A stretch of DNA of 64,000 bases, from positions 3,040,001 through 3,104,000 of the forward strand of contig OY761159.2 of assembly GCA_963664395.2 (NCBI GenBank). The letters run 5' to 3'. The position numbers were made by a program, and so were the translations under genes. This stretch comes from Candidatus Binatia bacterium (GTDB lineage Bacteria > Desulfobacterota > Binatia > Bin18). Every line of letters begins with the position of its first letter. Position 1 is the first letter of the stretch. The notes below the pieces were generated by a model. It was given only the letters and a program-made list of their open reading frames with translations, searched no databases and was not told the DNA's origin. Of the stretch, positions 29,085 through 39,657 are shown piece by piece.

Positions 29085-30350
29085 GTGCGATACGAACTTT
29101 TCCTGAGTCTGCGTTATCTGCGAGCCAGACGGCGTGAAGTATTTATCTCGTTAATCACGATGATCTCCATGGTTGGGGTCATGATTGGCGTGATGACGCT
29201 GAACATCGTCTTGGCGGTTATGACTGGATTTGAAGAGGATCTGCGTGACCGCATTCTTGGCTTTAACCCGCACATCGTGATTTCCAGTTTACAGGGCTTT
29301 GTTGACGGATATGCGGATGTGGTTGATGAAGTGAGACAAGTGCCAGATGTGGTTGCAGTGGCGCCATTTGTCTACGGTCAGGTGATGGTCAGTGCGGGAC
29401 AGAGTGTGTCTGGCTCGCTGGTGCGGGGCGTAGACCCCTCGTTGGCCAGTGCAGTGGTGGATATCGGTGCCCATCTGTCTTTTGGCGAGCTCGGTCAACT
29501 CGGCCAAAAACAGGAGCTGACGTTTCAGACTGAGGAAACAGTCCAGACGGTTCAGCTCTCCGGTGTGCTCGTGGGGCACGAACTCGCTCGTCAACTGGGC
29601 GTCTTTGTCGGTGACCCGATCAATATTATTTCTCCGCTGAGCACCACCCCTGGCCCCCTTGGCGTTATTCCCAGGGTCAAGCGCTTTATGGTTGTCGGGG
29701 TGTTTGACTCGGGCATGTTTGAATACGATAGCGCCCTGATTTATATGTCGCTCGCCGACGCGCAGCAGTTTTTTACCCTGGGCGAACAGGTGACCGGCGT
29801 TGAGGTGAAGATTCACGATGTCTATCAAGCGCAGACCGTGGCCCGCGAGCTGGAAAGCGTGTTGGGATTCCCGTATACGGCCCGCGACTGGACTGAGGTG
29901 AATAGCAATATCTTTGCAGCGCTGAAACTTGAAAAGGTCGTGTACTTCATCGTGCTCTTGCTCATTGTTCTGGTTGCCGCGTTTAATATTATTGCGACGC
30001 TGATTATGGTGGTGATGGAAAAACGCAAAGATATTGCTGTGCTGAAATCCATGGGGGCAACGGGCAACGCCATGAGTCGCGTCTTTATTTATAAAGGACT
30101 CATGATCGGCGTTGCGGGAACGCTTATGGGAACCCTGCTGGGTTGGATCGGCTGTTGGCTGTTGGACCGCTATGAGTTCATCGAACTCCCGAAAGACGTC
30201 TTCTATGTTTCTACCCTTCCAGTGAAAATATATGCGGAGAATTTTTTCATTGTTGGGGTCGCGTCTGTGCTCATCTGCTTGCTCGCCACAATCTACCCCG
30301 CGCGGCAGGCAGCGCGCTTGTCGCCAGTCGAAGTCATTCGCTACGAGTAA
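29085..30350 (+). CDS. lolE: Lipoprotein-releasing ABC transporter permease LolC/E
   Basis: LRYLRARR, AVMTGF, VAAFNIIATL, DIAVLKSMGA, YPARQAARLSPVEVIRYE. Confidence 0.93.
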   Translation: MRYELFLSLRYLRARRREVFISLITMISMVGVMIGVMTLNIVLAVMTGFEEDLRDRILGFNPHIVISSLQGFVDGYADVVDEVRQVPDVVAVAPFVYGQVMVSAGQSVSGSLVRGVDPSLASAVVDIGAHLSFGELGQLGQKQELTFQTEETVQTVQLSGVLVGHELARQLGVFVGDPINIISPLSTTPGPLGVIPRVKRFMVVGVFDSGMFEYDSALIYMSLADAQQFFTLGEQVTGVEVKIHDVYQAQTVARELESVLGFPYTARDWTEVNSNIFAALKLEKVVYFIVLLLIVLVAAFNIIATLIMVVMEKRKDIAVLKSMGATGNAMSRVFIYKGLMIGVAGTLMGTLLGWIGCWLLDRYEFIELPKDVFYVSTLPVKIYAENFFIVGVASVLICLLATIYPARQAARLSPVEVIRYE

Positions 30351-30391
30351 GTACCGGACCCACCAACCCCTAAGTTGACATGTAAATTGAC

Positions 30392-31105
30392 ATGGCAGAT
30401 ATTCTCCTCCGAGCCACGCAACTCAGCAAACAGTATGGAGAGGGCGAACACGCGGTTCGCGTGCTTGAAAACCTGGATCTCGCTCTTCGGCCGGCTGAAC
30501 GTACGGCTATCATTGGTGAGTCCGGGGTGGGGAAGAGTACGCTGCTGCATATTCTGGGTACGCTGGACCGTCCAACCTCGGGACACGTCGTGCTCAACGG
30601 CCAGGACCTGTTTGGCCTGCCTGAATTAGAACTGGCAGCCTTACGCAACAGGGAGATTGGCTTCGTCTTTCAACTGCATCATCTCCTGCCGGATTTTAGT
30701 GCACTCGAGAATGTGATGATGCCAGGGCTTATCGCCGGACTCAGCCAGGAGGAAGCCCGTACCCAGGCCGCTGAGATATTGGAGTGGGTTGGCATGTCTG
30801 CCCGTCTGAGCCACCGGCCGGGAGAATTGTCCGGGGGGGAACAGCAACGGGTAGCGGTCGCGCGTGCCTTGGTCCTTGGTCCCCGGCTGGTACTGGCGGA
30901 TGAGCCGACCGGCAATCTTGACCCCGAGACGGGCGAGGGTGTGCTGCGTTTGCTGCTCGCCCTGAATCAGGCCAGGGGCGCGGCCATGGTTGTTGTCACG
31001 CATAGCGAAAAACTTGCTGCGGCGATGGACCGGACCCTGCGACTCAAAAATGGTATGCTCACTGAGGTAGGACGCGGGGACGGGACATCCTTACCCGAAC
31101 TATAG
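30392..31105 (+). CDS. lolD: Lipoprotein-releasing ABC transporter ATP-binding protein
   Basis: GESGVGKSTLL, GFVFQLHHLLPDFSALENV, LSGGEQQR, DEPTGNLD. Confidence 0.93.
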   Translation: MADILLRATQLSKQYGEGEHAVRVLENLDLALRPAERTAIIGESGVGKSTLLHILGTLDRPTSGHVVLNGQDLFGLPELELAALRNREIGFVFQLHHLLPDFSALENVMMPGLIAGLSQEEARTQAAEILEWVGMSARLSHRPGELSGGEQQRVAVARALVLGPRLVLADEPTGNLDPETGEGVLRLLLALNQARGAAMVVVTHSEKLAAAMDRTLRLKNGMLTEVGRGDGTSLPEL

Positions 31106-31286
31106 GCCATATTCGTAAAGGTGTAGAGGGCCAGGGCTTCGGTTCAGGCGCTTGCTATGCGGAAACTATAGTATTTGCCATTCCCTCTGCCTGTTTCAGG
31201 GAGGGCCCGACGGGTATTGCTGCCTTTACAATTTTGGGTGATTTTGGTAGGGGGGGAGAGCGGCTTCAAAGGGAAACAGGACACGC

Positions 31287-33974
31287 ATGGTTCGCACATT
31301 TCTAGTACTCAGTAGCATATGTTTGTTCACCCTTTGCCATGGGGCTCCAGCCGCTGCCCAGGCTGACGACGCAGAACTCTCGGAAGAGAATATTCCCGCC
31401 GCTCTTCCCGACGACGTCTTTGAAGTGAATGACCCTGAAACCGAGGCCTCCGACGAAGCGTTTCTTGAAGAGGAGGAAATCGAAGACAGAGTCGGAGATC
31501 TTGATATGGATGCGGACGGGTCTCCCCTGACTGACGAATCTGAGCCGGAAGACGCCGGACTCGAATCAGCTCAGTTTGACAATCAATCTGAAAATGCCGA
31601 CAGTGCCGACGTTGTTGATGAGATTGTGATTGGCGGCAACGACCGCGTTGAGGAGGAGGCGATTCGTATTCGGACCTCTGCTCTGCCTGGTACGGGGTTG
31701 AATCGGGATACGGTCGATGCCGATATTCGGTCTATTTATGACATGGGATTCTTCCATAATGTAGAAGCCCGTTTTGAGCAAGAGAATGGCCGTCACGTCT
31801 TGACCTATTGGGTCAGTGAACGTCCGCTCATCCGTGAAGTACGATTCGAGGGGAATAAGAAGATCGACAAAGAAGCGCTGGAGGTGGCGCTCAAAATTCA
31901 TCCTCGTACCATCCTCAACCCTGTCCGCATCAGGCGAGGGATAGAGGACGCCAAAAAAGCCTATGAAGAAAAAGGGTATTTAGACGCCGATATCTCATAT
32001 CGTGCAGAGCAGGTCGGTCCGGGAGAAACCGCGGTTACCTTTACGATCGAAGAACAGAAGCCAACCGGAGTTGCCCAAATACACTTTGAGGGCAATGAGA
32101 CGTTTGAGGACTCCCAGCTGCAATCCATTATGGCGACGCGCAAGAAGAATTTTTTATCCCGCTTCATGAGCGTCGGGACGCTCAACCGAGAAGCGCTCAA
32201 GACGGACACGGAACGGATTACCGCCTATTACTACGATAACGGCTATATCAACGTGAAAGTCGATGAGCCGAAAATCGAACGTGAAGACGACGGTATGCAT
32301 GTGACGGTTCGTATTGATGAGGGAGAGCAATACACCATCGGCGAAGTACATATTGTCGGCGAGTTCCCTGGGAGTGAAGATCAGGCCCTGCGCGCGGTTG
32401 CCATGGCGGAAGGCGAGGTATTTAAGGCCAGCCATCTGCGAGAAGATGTCTTTCGTTTAACCGGATATTTCAGCAACCACGGCTTTGCTTTTGTGAACGT
32501 CGAGCCGGAAACCCAAGTCGAGCAAGACGACAGCGTCGTCAATATCTCCTACCGGGTCGATAAGGGTCCAGAAGTCTATATCGACCGGGTTGATATTGCC
32601 GGGAATACCAAGACGCGAGACAAAGTGATCCGGCGAGAATTGCGGATTACCGAGCAGAGTAAGTTCAACGCCACTGGTATCGAGCATAGCCGCGGGCGGG
32701 TGCAGCGCCTCGGATTTTTCCAGGATGTGAATATTGCCACGCGCCGGGGGGCGCGGAGCGATTTGCTCAATGTGCTGGTTGATGTCAAAGAGGCCCAAAC
32801 CGGAGCCTTCAGTATTGGGGCTGGATTTAACACCGCGACAAGTCTCATTGGTTCCGCCCGTATTCAGGAAACGAATCTCTTTGGCTATGGCCACCAGTTT
32901 ATTATCAGTGGCAATATGGGCAGCCGGTATCGGAACTCCACCGTCAGTTGGACCGATCCCTATTTCCTGGATACCCATCTGACCCTGGGGACGGAGGTCT
33001 TTGACTGGCGCTTTGCGTTTGAGGATTTTGACCGTGCCGGGACGGGCGGCGGGGCACGGCTCTTCTACCCTATTGACGAGTTGGGACTCAAAACCTTGTG
33101 GGGATTTCCCTTGGAGGATATATCTGTTGGCATGCAATATCAGTGGGAAAAATCCAAGGTCAGCAATTTTGAACCCATTGCTCCTGATGCGGTCCGGGCC
33201 GAAAAGGGCGCCCAAATCACAAGCAAAATTATCCCAACCATTCGGCGCAATACCCTCAACCACCCCATGGATCCGACCGCCGGGTCCTATCAACAGATCC
33301 TTTTTGGTCAGGCGGGTCTTGGGGGGGACACGACGTATAGTAAGGCGGAATTTCAAACTCAGTTTTTTTTCCCGGTCTATCGGCACCCGCGTTTTGGGCA
33401 GTTGACCTGGATGTCGAATACCTTCTTTGGGTATGGGGTGGGTGATATTAATTTCACTGACGAACCCGTTATCGGCGGGGAGGCTGAAAAAATCCTGGAG
33501 GATGACCTCCCGCTGTTTGACCGGTATTTCCCCGGTGGACTGCACTCTATCCGGGGGTTTGGCGAGCGGAGTTTGGGGCCGCGCCAACCCGTTACTGTTT
33601 TAATTAATGATAGAGAGGCGCCCAATGGGATACGCGCGGAAACGTATCATCGGCCGATTGGCGGCAGTCAACAGGTGACGTTTCAGAACGAGCTTGGTTT
33701 TCCCATTGTCAAACAACTGAATCTGAAGGGCGCGGTCTTTAGCGATATAGGTAATGCCTTTACTGCTGAACAGGGCGTTGACTTCGGAGACCTGCGTTAC
33801 TCAGTTGGGGCAGGCATCCGTTGGAAATCGCCGTTTGGACCCATCCGGATTGATCTCGCCAAGGCACTCAATGCGAAAAAAAATGAGCGCACCAGCAATA
33901 TCCACTTTTCGTTCGGTGGCTCTTCTGCCAGTGGTGGTATTGGCGGAGGACGAGGCGGGTATGGCGGGTTCTAG
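31287..33974 (+). CDS. bamA: Outer membrane protein assembly factor BamA
   Basis: Signal peptide, POTRA repeats (GNTKTRDKVIRREL), IRGF loop, WKSPFGPIRID; operon context. Confidence 0.95.
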   Translation: MVRTFLVLSSICLFTLCHGAPAAAQADDAELSEENIPAALPDDVFEVNDPETEASDEAFLEEEEIEDRVGDLDMDADGSPLTDESEPEDAGLESAQFDNQSENADSADVVDEIVIGGNDRVEEEAIRIRTSALPGTGLNRDTVDADIRSIYDMGFFHNVEARFEQENGRHVLTYWVSERPLIREVRFEGNKKIDKEALEVALKIHPRTILNPVRIRRGIEDAKKAYEEKGYLDADISYRAEQVGPGETAVTFTIEEQKPTGVAQIHFEGNETFEDSQLQSIMATRKKNFLSRFMSVGTLNREALKTDTERITAYYYDNGYINVKVDEPKIEREDDGMHVTVRIDEGEQYTIGEVHIVGEFPGSEDQALRAVAMAEGEVFKASHLREDVFRLTGYFSNHGFAFVNVEPETQVEQDDSVVNISYRVDKGPEVYIDRVDIAGNTKTRDKVIRRELRITEQSKFNATGIEHSRGRVQRLGFFQDVNIATRRGARSDLLNVLVDVKEAQTGAFSIGAGFNTATSLIGSARIQETNLFGYGHQFIISGNMGSRYRNSTVSWTDPYFLDTHLTLGTEVFDWRFAFEDFDRAGTGGGARLFYPIDELGLKTLWGFPLEDISVGMQYQWEKSKVSNFEPIAPDAVRAEKGAQITSKIIPTIRRNTLNHPMDPTAGSYQQILFGQAGLGGDTTYSKAEFQTQFFFPVYRHPRFGQLTWMSNTFFGYGVGDINFTDEPVIGGEAEKILEDDLPLFDRYFPGGLHSIRGFGERSLGPRQPVTVLINDREAPNGIRAETYHRPIGGSQQVTFQNELGFPIVKQLNLKGAVFSDIGNAFTAEQGVDFGDLRYSVGAGIRWKSPFGPIRIDLAKALNAKKNERTSNIHFSFGGSSASGGIGGGRGGYGGF

Positions 33975-34052
33975 CCTTCCGGTGTGAACCGTGACGGGGA
34001 GTCGTGTGCCCGCCGTGTATGCCGAGAGAGGTGTGGATAAAGCGTTATAACC

Positions 34053-34607
34053 ATGGAGAGAGATATGTATTGGAAAAGAATAGTCTATGTTGCCGTGAGT
34101 GTCGGATTCCTCCTCTTCCCCCATAGCGCCGCCGCGGCTGAAGTCAGAGTTGGCTATGTGGATCTCCAGACCGCGCTCAATACATCGAGTGCTGGACAAA
34201 AAGCGAAAGATAGCTTTAAGGCTGAAGTGGGCCGGATGGAACGGAAACTCGAAGAACGCAGAAAAAAAGTTGAAAAGCTCAAGGAAGAGCTTGAGAAAAA
34301 AGCCCTCTTATTACGGGATGACGAACGGATTGCGTTGCAGCGAGACTACCGCCAGGAGTTACGCGACTTTGAACGCCTGTATAAAGATGTACAAGAAGAA
34401 CTCAAGATCAGAGACCGTGAACTGACCGCGCGCATCCTGGTTGAACTGCGCCAAATTGTCAATGATCTCGGAGAGCAAGGCAGTTATTCGGTTATTCTCG
34501 AAGGAAATAACACCGTGGTGCTGTACGGCTCAAAAAGTATTGATCTGACTGAGTCGATCATTAAAGCCTATAATAAAAAAGGCACCAAAATCTCTTTTAA
34601 GCGTTAA
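34053..34607 (+). CDS. skp: OmpH/Skp periplasmic chaperone
   Basis: Signal peptide, VGYVD, coiled coil, IDLT; follows bamA. Confidence 0.9.
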   Translation: MERDMYWKRIVYVAVSVGFLLFPHSAAAAEVRVGYVDLQTALNTSSAGQKAKDSFKAEVGRMERKLEERRKKVEKLKEELEKKALLLRDDERIALQRDYRQELRDFERLYKDVQEELKIRDRELTARILVELRQIVNDLGEQGSYSVILEGNNTVVLYGSKSIDLTESIIKAYNKKGTKISFKR

Positions 34608-34632
34608 GAGACGGTTTTGTGACCACCGCCGT

Positions 34633-35118
34633 ATGGATAATCCCACTGTCGCCTCTATCCTCCCGCATCGCTACCCGTTCTTACTCGTTGACCGGGTGGT
34701 GGAAATCTCAGCCGGGAAGCGTATTGTCGCGCTCAAAAACGTCACAATCAATGAGCCTTTCTTTACCGGTCACTTCCCCGATCACCCGCTTATGCCTGGC
34801 GTGTTAATCTGCGAAGCAGTTGTGCAGGCTGGCGGCATTCTGGCGCGTTCGTCCGTCGATTCGTCCGCGGAGACCGCTGTTCCTCCCCGGTTGTCCGTCC
34901 AGTCGCCGCACCGGCTGGCGATGTTGACCGGGCTGGACCGCGTCCGCTTCCGACGCCAGGTCGTCCCTGGCGATCAATTGTTGATGGAAGTCGAAATCCT
35001 GCGTCGCCGCGGCACATTCTGGAAAATGCAGGGGGTCGCTCGGGTTGAAGGGCAGATCGCGGCGGAACTCGAATTTACGGTTGTTGATGTTGACCCGGAA
35101 AGCGAGACGCAGGCGTGA
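34633..35118 (+). CDS. fabZ: 3-hydroxyacyl-ACP dehydratase
   Basis: [35 protein letters not shown]. Confidence 0.95.
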   Translation: MDNPTVASILPHRYPFLLVDRVVEISAGKRIVALKNVTINEPFFTGHFPDHPLMPGVLICEAVVQAGGILARSSVDSSAETAVPPRLSVQSPHRLAMLTGLDRVRFRRQVVPGDQLLMEVEILRRRGTFWKMQGVARVEGQIAAELEFTVVDVDPESETQA

Positions 35119-35960
35119 GTACCGAGACCTCCATCCATCCTTCGGCTGTTATCGCACCCGGAGCGGAGCTTGATCATAGGGTCCGGGTCGGACCCTATGC
35201 GGTGATTGGCCCGCAGGTCCGTATCGGCCAGGATTCCAGTATTGGGCCCCATAGCGTGATTGAGGGCCGCACGACGATTGGGCGCGAGAATCGGATTTTT
35301 CAATTCTCCAGCGTTGGCGCGATCCCGCAAGATAAAAAATATCAGGGCGAAGACAGCGGTCTCACTATCGGTGACAGAAACACCATTCGTGAATTCGCAA
35401 CGTTGAATATTGGGACCACTGGGGGCGGACTGGTGACGCGGATAGGGAATGACAATCTCTTCATGGTGTACTCCCATGTGGGGCACGACTGTCAGATCGG
35501 AAACAATGTGATCTTGGCAAACTGTGCGACCCTTGCCGGCCACGTCATGCTCGAAGATTATGTTGGCGTTGGTGGGCTGGTCGCTATCCATCAGTTTACG
35601 CGGGTGGGAGAGTCGGCCTACCTCGGTGGGGGAGCGATGGTCTCTCTTGATGTTCCGCCCTACTGCATTGCCCAGGGAGACCGGGCCCGTCTGTTTGGTC
35701 TGAATCTCATAGGACTCAAACGTCGCGGGTTCAGTGAGCAACAGCTGCGCGCCCTCAAAAAAGCCTACCGGACGCTTTTCGCCGAGGGGTTGACTCTGAA
35801 AGAGGCGGCCGAACGAACACGCCGGGAACAGGCGTCATCTCTTGAGGCCGTCCATTTGGCGGAGTTCGTTGCCGCCTCACAACGGGGCCTTTGTCGTCCG
35901 CGAGGGAATGCCGGCCAAGAGAGCCAAGAGAGCCAAGAGAATGAAGATGATCTTGGCTAG
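35115..35960 (+). CDS. lpxA: Acyl-ACP--UDP-N-acetylglucosamine O-acyltransferase
   Basis: Hexapeptide repeats, [33 protein letters not shown]. Confidence 0.96.
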   Translation: MSTETSIHPSAVIAPGAELDHRVRVGPYAVIGPQVRIGQDSSIGPHSVIEGRTTIGRENRIFQFSSVGAIPQDKKYQGEDSGLTIGDRNTIREFATLNIGTTGGGLVTRIGNDNLFMVYSHVGHDCQIGNNVILANCATLAGHVMLEDYVGVGGLVAIHQFTRVGESAYLGGGAMVSLDVPPYCIAQGDRARLFGLNLIGLKRRGFSEQQLRALKKAYRTLFAEGLTLKEAAERTRREQASSLEAVHLAEFVAASQRGLCRPRGNAGQESQESQENEDDLG

Positions 35961-35989
35961 CCGTGCCTGTATAGCGAGCGTCTGAGTCC

Positions 35990-36820
35990 ATGGTCCGTCT
36001 TGGTCTCATTGCCGGTAATGGACAGTTTCCGCTCATCTTCTGTGCGGCAGCCCGAGCAGAAGGGGTCGAGGTCATTGTTGTCGCCCACCAAGGGGAAACC
36101 CCGCCGGCTATTACTGAGCAGGTGCCCCACGTTACCTGGGTGCGCGTTGGGGAACTTGGGAAGATCCTTGCGACTTTCCACGAGGCGGGGGTGACCCAAG
36201 CCGTCATGGCTGGGGGCATCTACAAGACCGGTGCCATGACACATATACAGCCCGATGCACGGGGACTCGCTTTCATCAGTAAACTGCCTAGTCTGAAAGA
36301 TGATGTGATCCTGCGGGGGGTGGCTCAGGAACTCGAAGATGAGGGTATTACGATTGTTGAATCAACTCGCTTCTTATCATCCCTGGTGCCTCAGGAGGGG
36401 ATATTGACCCACGCTGAGCCGGATGCCCAACAGTGGCAGGATATCCGGCTCGGAGTTGCGGTGGCAAAAGAGATTGGTCGCTGGGATATCGGACAGAGCG
36501 TTGTGGTCAAGCGTGGAACGGTCCTGGCTGTTGAGGGCGTTGAAGGTACAAACGCCGCCATTCGTCGCGGTGGAGCATTGGGCGGGGAAGGCAGCATTGT
36601 GGTGAAAGTCAGCAAGCCGCAACAGGATTTGCGCTTTGACGTCCCAGCCGTTGGGCCTGATACCATCACGGTGATGCACGAGGTCCAGGCTGCCGTTTTA
36701 GCCATCGAGGCGGGGAAGACGCTCATGATAGAACGACCGGCGCTGCTGGCGCATGCCCAGGACAAGGGTATCCGGGTGGTTGCGGTTGGAGCACAAACGA
36801 CCGGAGAGGCTGCTGAATAG
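35990..36820 (+). CDS. lpxI: UDP-2,3-diacylglucosamine diphosphatase LpxI
   Basis: LGLIAGNGQFP, DIGQSVVV, AVEGVEGT, KPQQDLRFDVPAVG. Confidence 0.92.
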   Translation: MVRLGLIAGNGQFPLIFCAAARAEGVEVIVVAHQGETPPAITEQVPHVTWVRVGELGKILATFHEAGVTQAVMAGGIYKTGAMTHIQPDARGLAFISKLPSLKDDVILRGVAQELEDEGITIVESTRFLSSLVPQEGILTHAEPDAQQWQDIRLGVAVAKEIGRWDIGQSVVVKRGTVLAVEGVEGTNAAIRRGGALGGEGSIVVKVSKPQQDLRFDVPAVGPDTITVMHEVQAAVLAIEAGKTLMIERPALLAHAQDKGIRVVAVGAQTTGEAAE

Positions 36821-36822
36821 AT

Positions 36823-39273
36823 ATGAATAAACGATGCGTCATGCTGTCCATTATTTTTTCTCTGGTGCTTGTTGCAGGGCTCACAGGCAGAGCCCGTGCT
36901 GCGATTCAGGCGGTATTAGAGAGTCCGGGCAACGGCCAGTTTGTAAGCGGTATTCGGCTCATTTCCGGCTGGGCGTTTGCGGTCTCTGATGATCCCGACA
37001 ATCCGGCTGTACTGCCCGTTACCATTCGACTCTCTATTGACGGCCGGGACTCCGGAGAGATTCCCTGTTGTGTCGATCGGGCAGATGTTCAAGGAGAGCA
37101 TGGCGAGCAGGCGCTCAAGAGCGGTTTTGGCCAAGTGTTTAACTTCGGCGAGCTCGAAGGCATCGGAGAAGGGTCGGAAGGGAGGGGAAAGGATCGGGCC
37201 CAGGGACAACATACAGTTCGCATTGAGGTAGCCGCGGAGGGCGTTGCGAGTGAAAGTGTTGAACACACCGTGACCGTTGTCCGGCCGGGTGGCTATAAAT
37301 TTCTTGAGCTTCCGAGTTTGCTCGGAGCCAGTAGTCCCGAGATCAACGAAGCTCAAGAAATCATGTTCCAGAATATCACTTTTAGAGATAAACACAGCAA
37401 CGAGACGAAGTCAGGTGAACTCTGGTTAAAATGGCAGCGCAACATCCAGCAACTGGGCGTGGTCGGCTCACGGATATTGTCGACCGGGGAGGATGAGCCG
37501 CCAGCCAGGGATAATCAAACACCAAACGAGGACGCCGAAAAAATTACCGCGGTCTTTGAAAATCCCCCAGGCCAGACTGTTTCTATCTACGTCACGGCAG
37601 GGGGTATTGGGATGGTTTCCGGTTGGGCGTTTACAGAAAACCCTGATGCAGAGATTGAGCGTGTTTCTCTGCGGATAGACGAAGCCGCGGTTGGAGAGGA
37701 AATTCCGTGTTGCTCGGACCGGCCTGATGTCAGGAAGGCTTTCCCCACAGTGGCGCCACCGAACACCGGCTTTGGCGGCCTCATCAATTTTAATCTGATT
37801 CCCAGCGGCGTGCGTACCATTGGTGTCGAAATCCGGGACACTGCGGACCCGGCTGAGACCCGGATTATCGATCACGAGGTCTCCGTGGTCCGGCTGGGAG
37901 ATGCCGAGTTTCTCGAAGATTTTAAGCTGACCGAAGAGAGCAGTGTAACAGTGACCGGCTCATTATTGACCCTTCAAGATGTCGATATCAGGGAAAAGGG
38001 CAAGTCTGAAACCATGACGGTAGACGCCGGATTTATCTGGAACGAGAGTTGCCAGTGTTTTCTGCCCTGGCCGGTGTGTGGCAACGGTGGGCGGGACGTT
38101 GGAGAGGAGTGTGATGGGGCGGCGCTTGGCGAACTGAGCTGCCAGACGCTTGGGTTTGGTGAGGGCGAACTCAGCTGTTTCAGGGACGAGGAGATCGACC
38201 ACGACTTCTGTCTGCTCGATACGAGTGACTGTGGGGAGGAAACCGGAGCCAGGGCCTATGTGACCCTGGTGAATGATGACGCCGTGGCCGTTATCAGGAC
38301 GGACACGAACGAGGTGGCTCAGACGATCCCGGTCGGTGACCGCCCGCGCGGCATAGCGATCAGTCCGGATGGCACTGAGGCGTATGTAGTGAATGCCGGA
38401 GACAATAATGTTTCCGTTATCGATACTGTCACAAAGAGTGTGGTTGCCACAATCGCGGTTGGCCGTGAGCCACAGGGGGTCGCCTTTGCGCCGGATGGGA
38501 CAACCGCGTATGTGACGAATATTAAGGATGACACTGTTTCTGTACTCAATACGGCAACGCGGACACAGACAACAACCATAGCGGTTGGCCGGAGTCCGCA
38601 GTCTATTGCCGTCACCCCGGATGGACAACAGGCGTATGTGCCGAACTTTGAAGATAACACGGTGACTGTGATTGACCTGACGACGAATACTCCACTTCCT
38701 GACCCGCTTGTGGTGGGAGAAGGGCCGCTCGGAGTTGCTGTCAAATCAGATGGGACTCGCGTCTATGTCACGAATTTCGGTGCGACGAATACCGATGACG
38801 GCGATGAAAATGGAGACACGGTTTCCATCATCGATCCAAAAACGAACACCGTCATTGATACTGACCCTGATGAAGACGGGGTGCAGCATCTACAAGTCGG
38901 CGTGCAGCCTACCGGGGTGGCAGTGATACCCGAAACGGCACTCGACCTGGTGAAACGGGAGGCGTCGGCGCAGGCTTTTGTCACCAACTTTCTTGACGCA
39001 ACAGTATCGGCCATTACCGATGAGATCGTTACAGATGAGGATCAGGGCACTTCCTCCTTTGGCGTAGCATTTAATCCGCGCTTCAATGCGGTGAATAATG
39101 AACCGTACGGTATTGCGATTACGCCAAACGGCCTGCGGGGTTATATTACGCTTTTCGGCTCCCGTAAGGACGAGGGTGAGGTCGTCCAAGTCTTTAGTAC
39201 CCTCGCCCAAGGAATCGTGGCGACGATTGAGGTCGGGAATAAGCCGTTTGCTATTGCCATCGGGCCACAATAA
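36823..39273 (+). CDS. Secreted multidomain protein: two CC-motif Ig-like repeats, a Cys-rich module and a YVTN/YncE beta-propeller
   Basis: Signal peptide; repeated ISGWAF...EIPCC.DR.DV...GFG; CGNG...EECDG; repeats of TIxVGxxPxGIAxxPDG..AYV.N. Confidence 0.8.
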   Translation: MNKRCVMLSIIFSLVLVAGLTGRARAAIQAVLESPGNGQFVSGIRLISGWAFAVSDDPDNPAVLPVTIRLSIDGRDSGEIPCCVDRADVQGEHGEQALKSGFGQVFNFGELEGIGEGSEGRGKDRAQGQHTVRIEVAAEGVASESVEHTVTVVRPGGYKFLELPSLLGASSPEINEAQEIMFQNITFRDKHSNETKSGELWLKWQRNIQQLGVVGSRILSTGEDEPPARDNQTPNEDAEKITAVFENPPGQTVSIYVTAGGIGMVSGWAFTENPDAEIERVSLRIDEAAVGEEIPCCSDRPDVRKAFPTVAPPNTGFGGLINFNLIPSGVRTIGVEIRDTADPAETRIIDHEVSVVRLGDAEFLEDFKLTEESSVTVTGSLLTLQDVDIREKGKSETMTVDAGFIWNESCQCFLPWPVCGNGGRDVGEECDGAALGELSCQTLGFGEGELSCFRDEEIDHDFCLLDTSDCGEETGARAYVTLVNDDAVAVIRTDTNEVAQTIPVGDRPRGIAISPDGTEAYVVNAGDNNVSVIDTVTKSVVATIAVGREPQGVAFAPDGTTAYVTNIKDDTVSVLNTATRTQTTTIAVGRSPQSIAVTPDGQQAYVPNFEDNTVTVIDLTTNTPLPDPLVVGEGPLGVAVKSDGTRVYVTNFGATNTDDGDENGDTVSIIDPKTNTVIDTDPDEDGVQHLQVGVQPTGVAVIPETALDLVKREASAQAFVTNFLDATVSAITDEIVTDEDQGTSSFGVAFNPRFNAVNNEPYGIAITPNGLRGYITLFGSRKDEGEVVQVFSTLAQGIVATIEVGNKPFAIAIGPQ

Positions 39274-39370
39274 GGACCGGCTGTGAGTTGACGCGCGCTG
39301 GAGAACATGGCACTATTTCCGCACTTCATGCACTAACGCATTGACCCAACATCCATCCGTTTGACACTGT

Positions 39371-39443
<73 letters not shown>

Positions 39444-39657
39444 CTTCCCCCCCTTCTCTTCAATAATATACCAAGTCGGACAGGGCCGTGCCGGCTTCGC
39501 ACTCCGCTTTGGAGCGAATGAGCATGCTCCGTTCGGCTGATATTTATCCGCAAGAACCGGACGACATGATGTATACGCTTCCGTCACCCTCCTTCACTCA
39601 TGACACGTTCTCGTGCAATTAGTGAGGGGTAAAAGGAGAGAGAGGGGAGACCTGACA

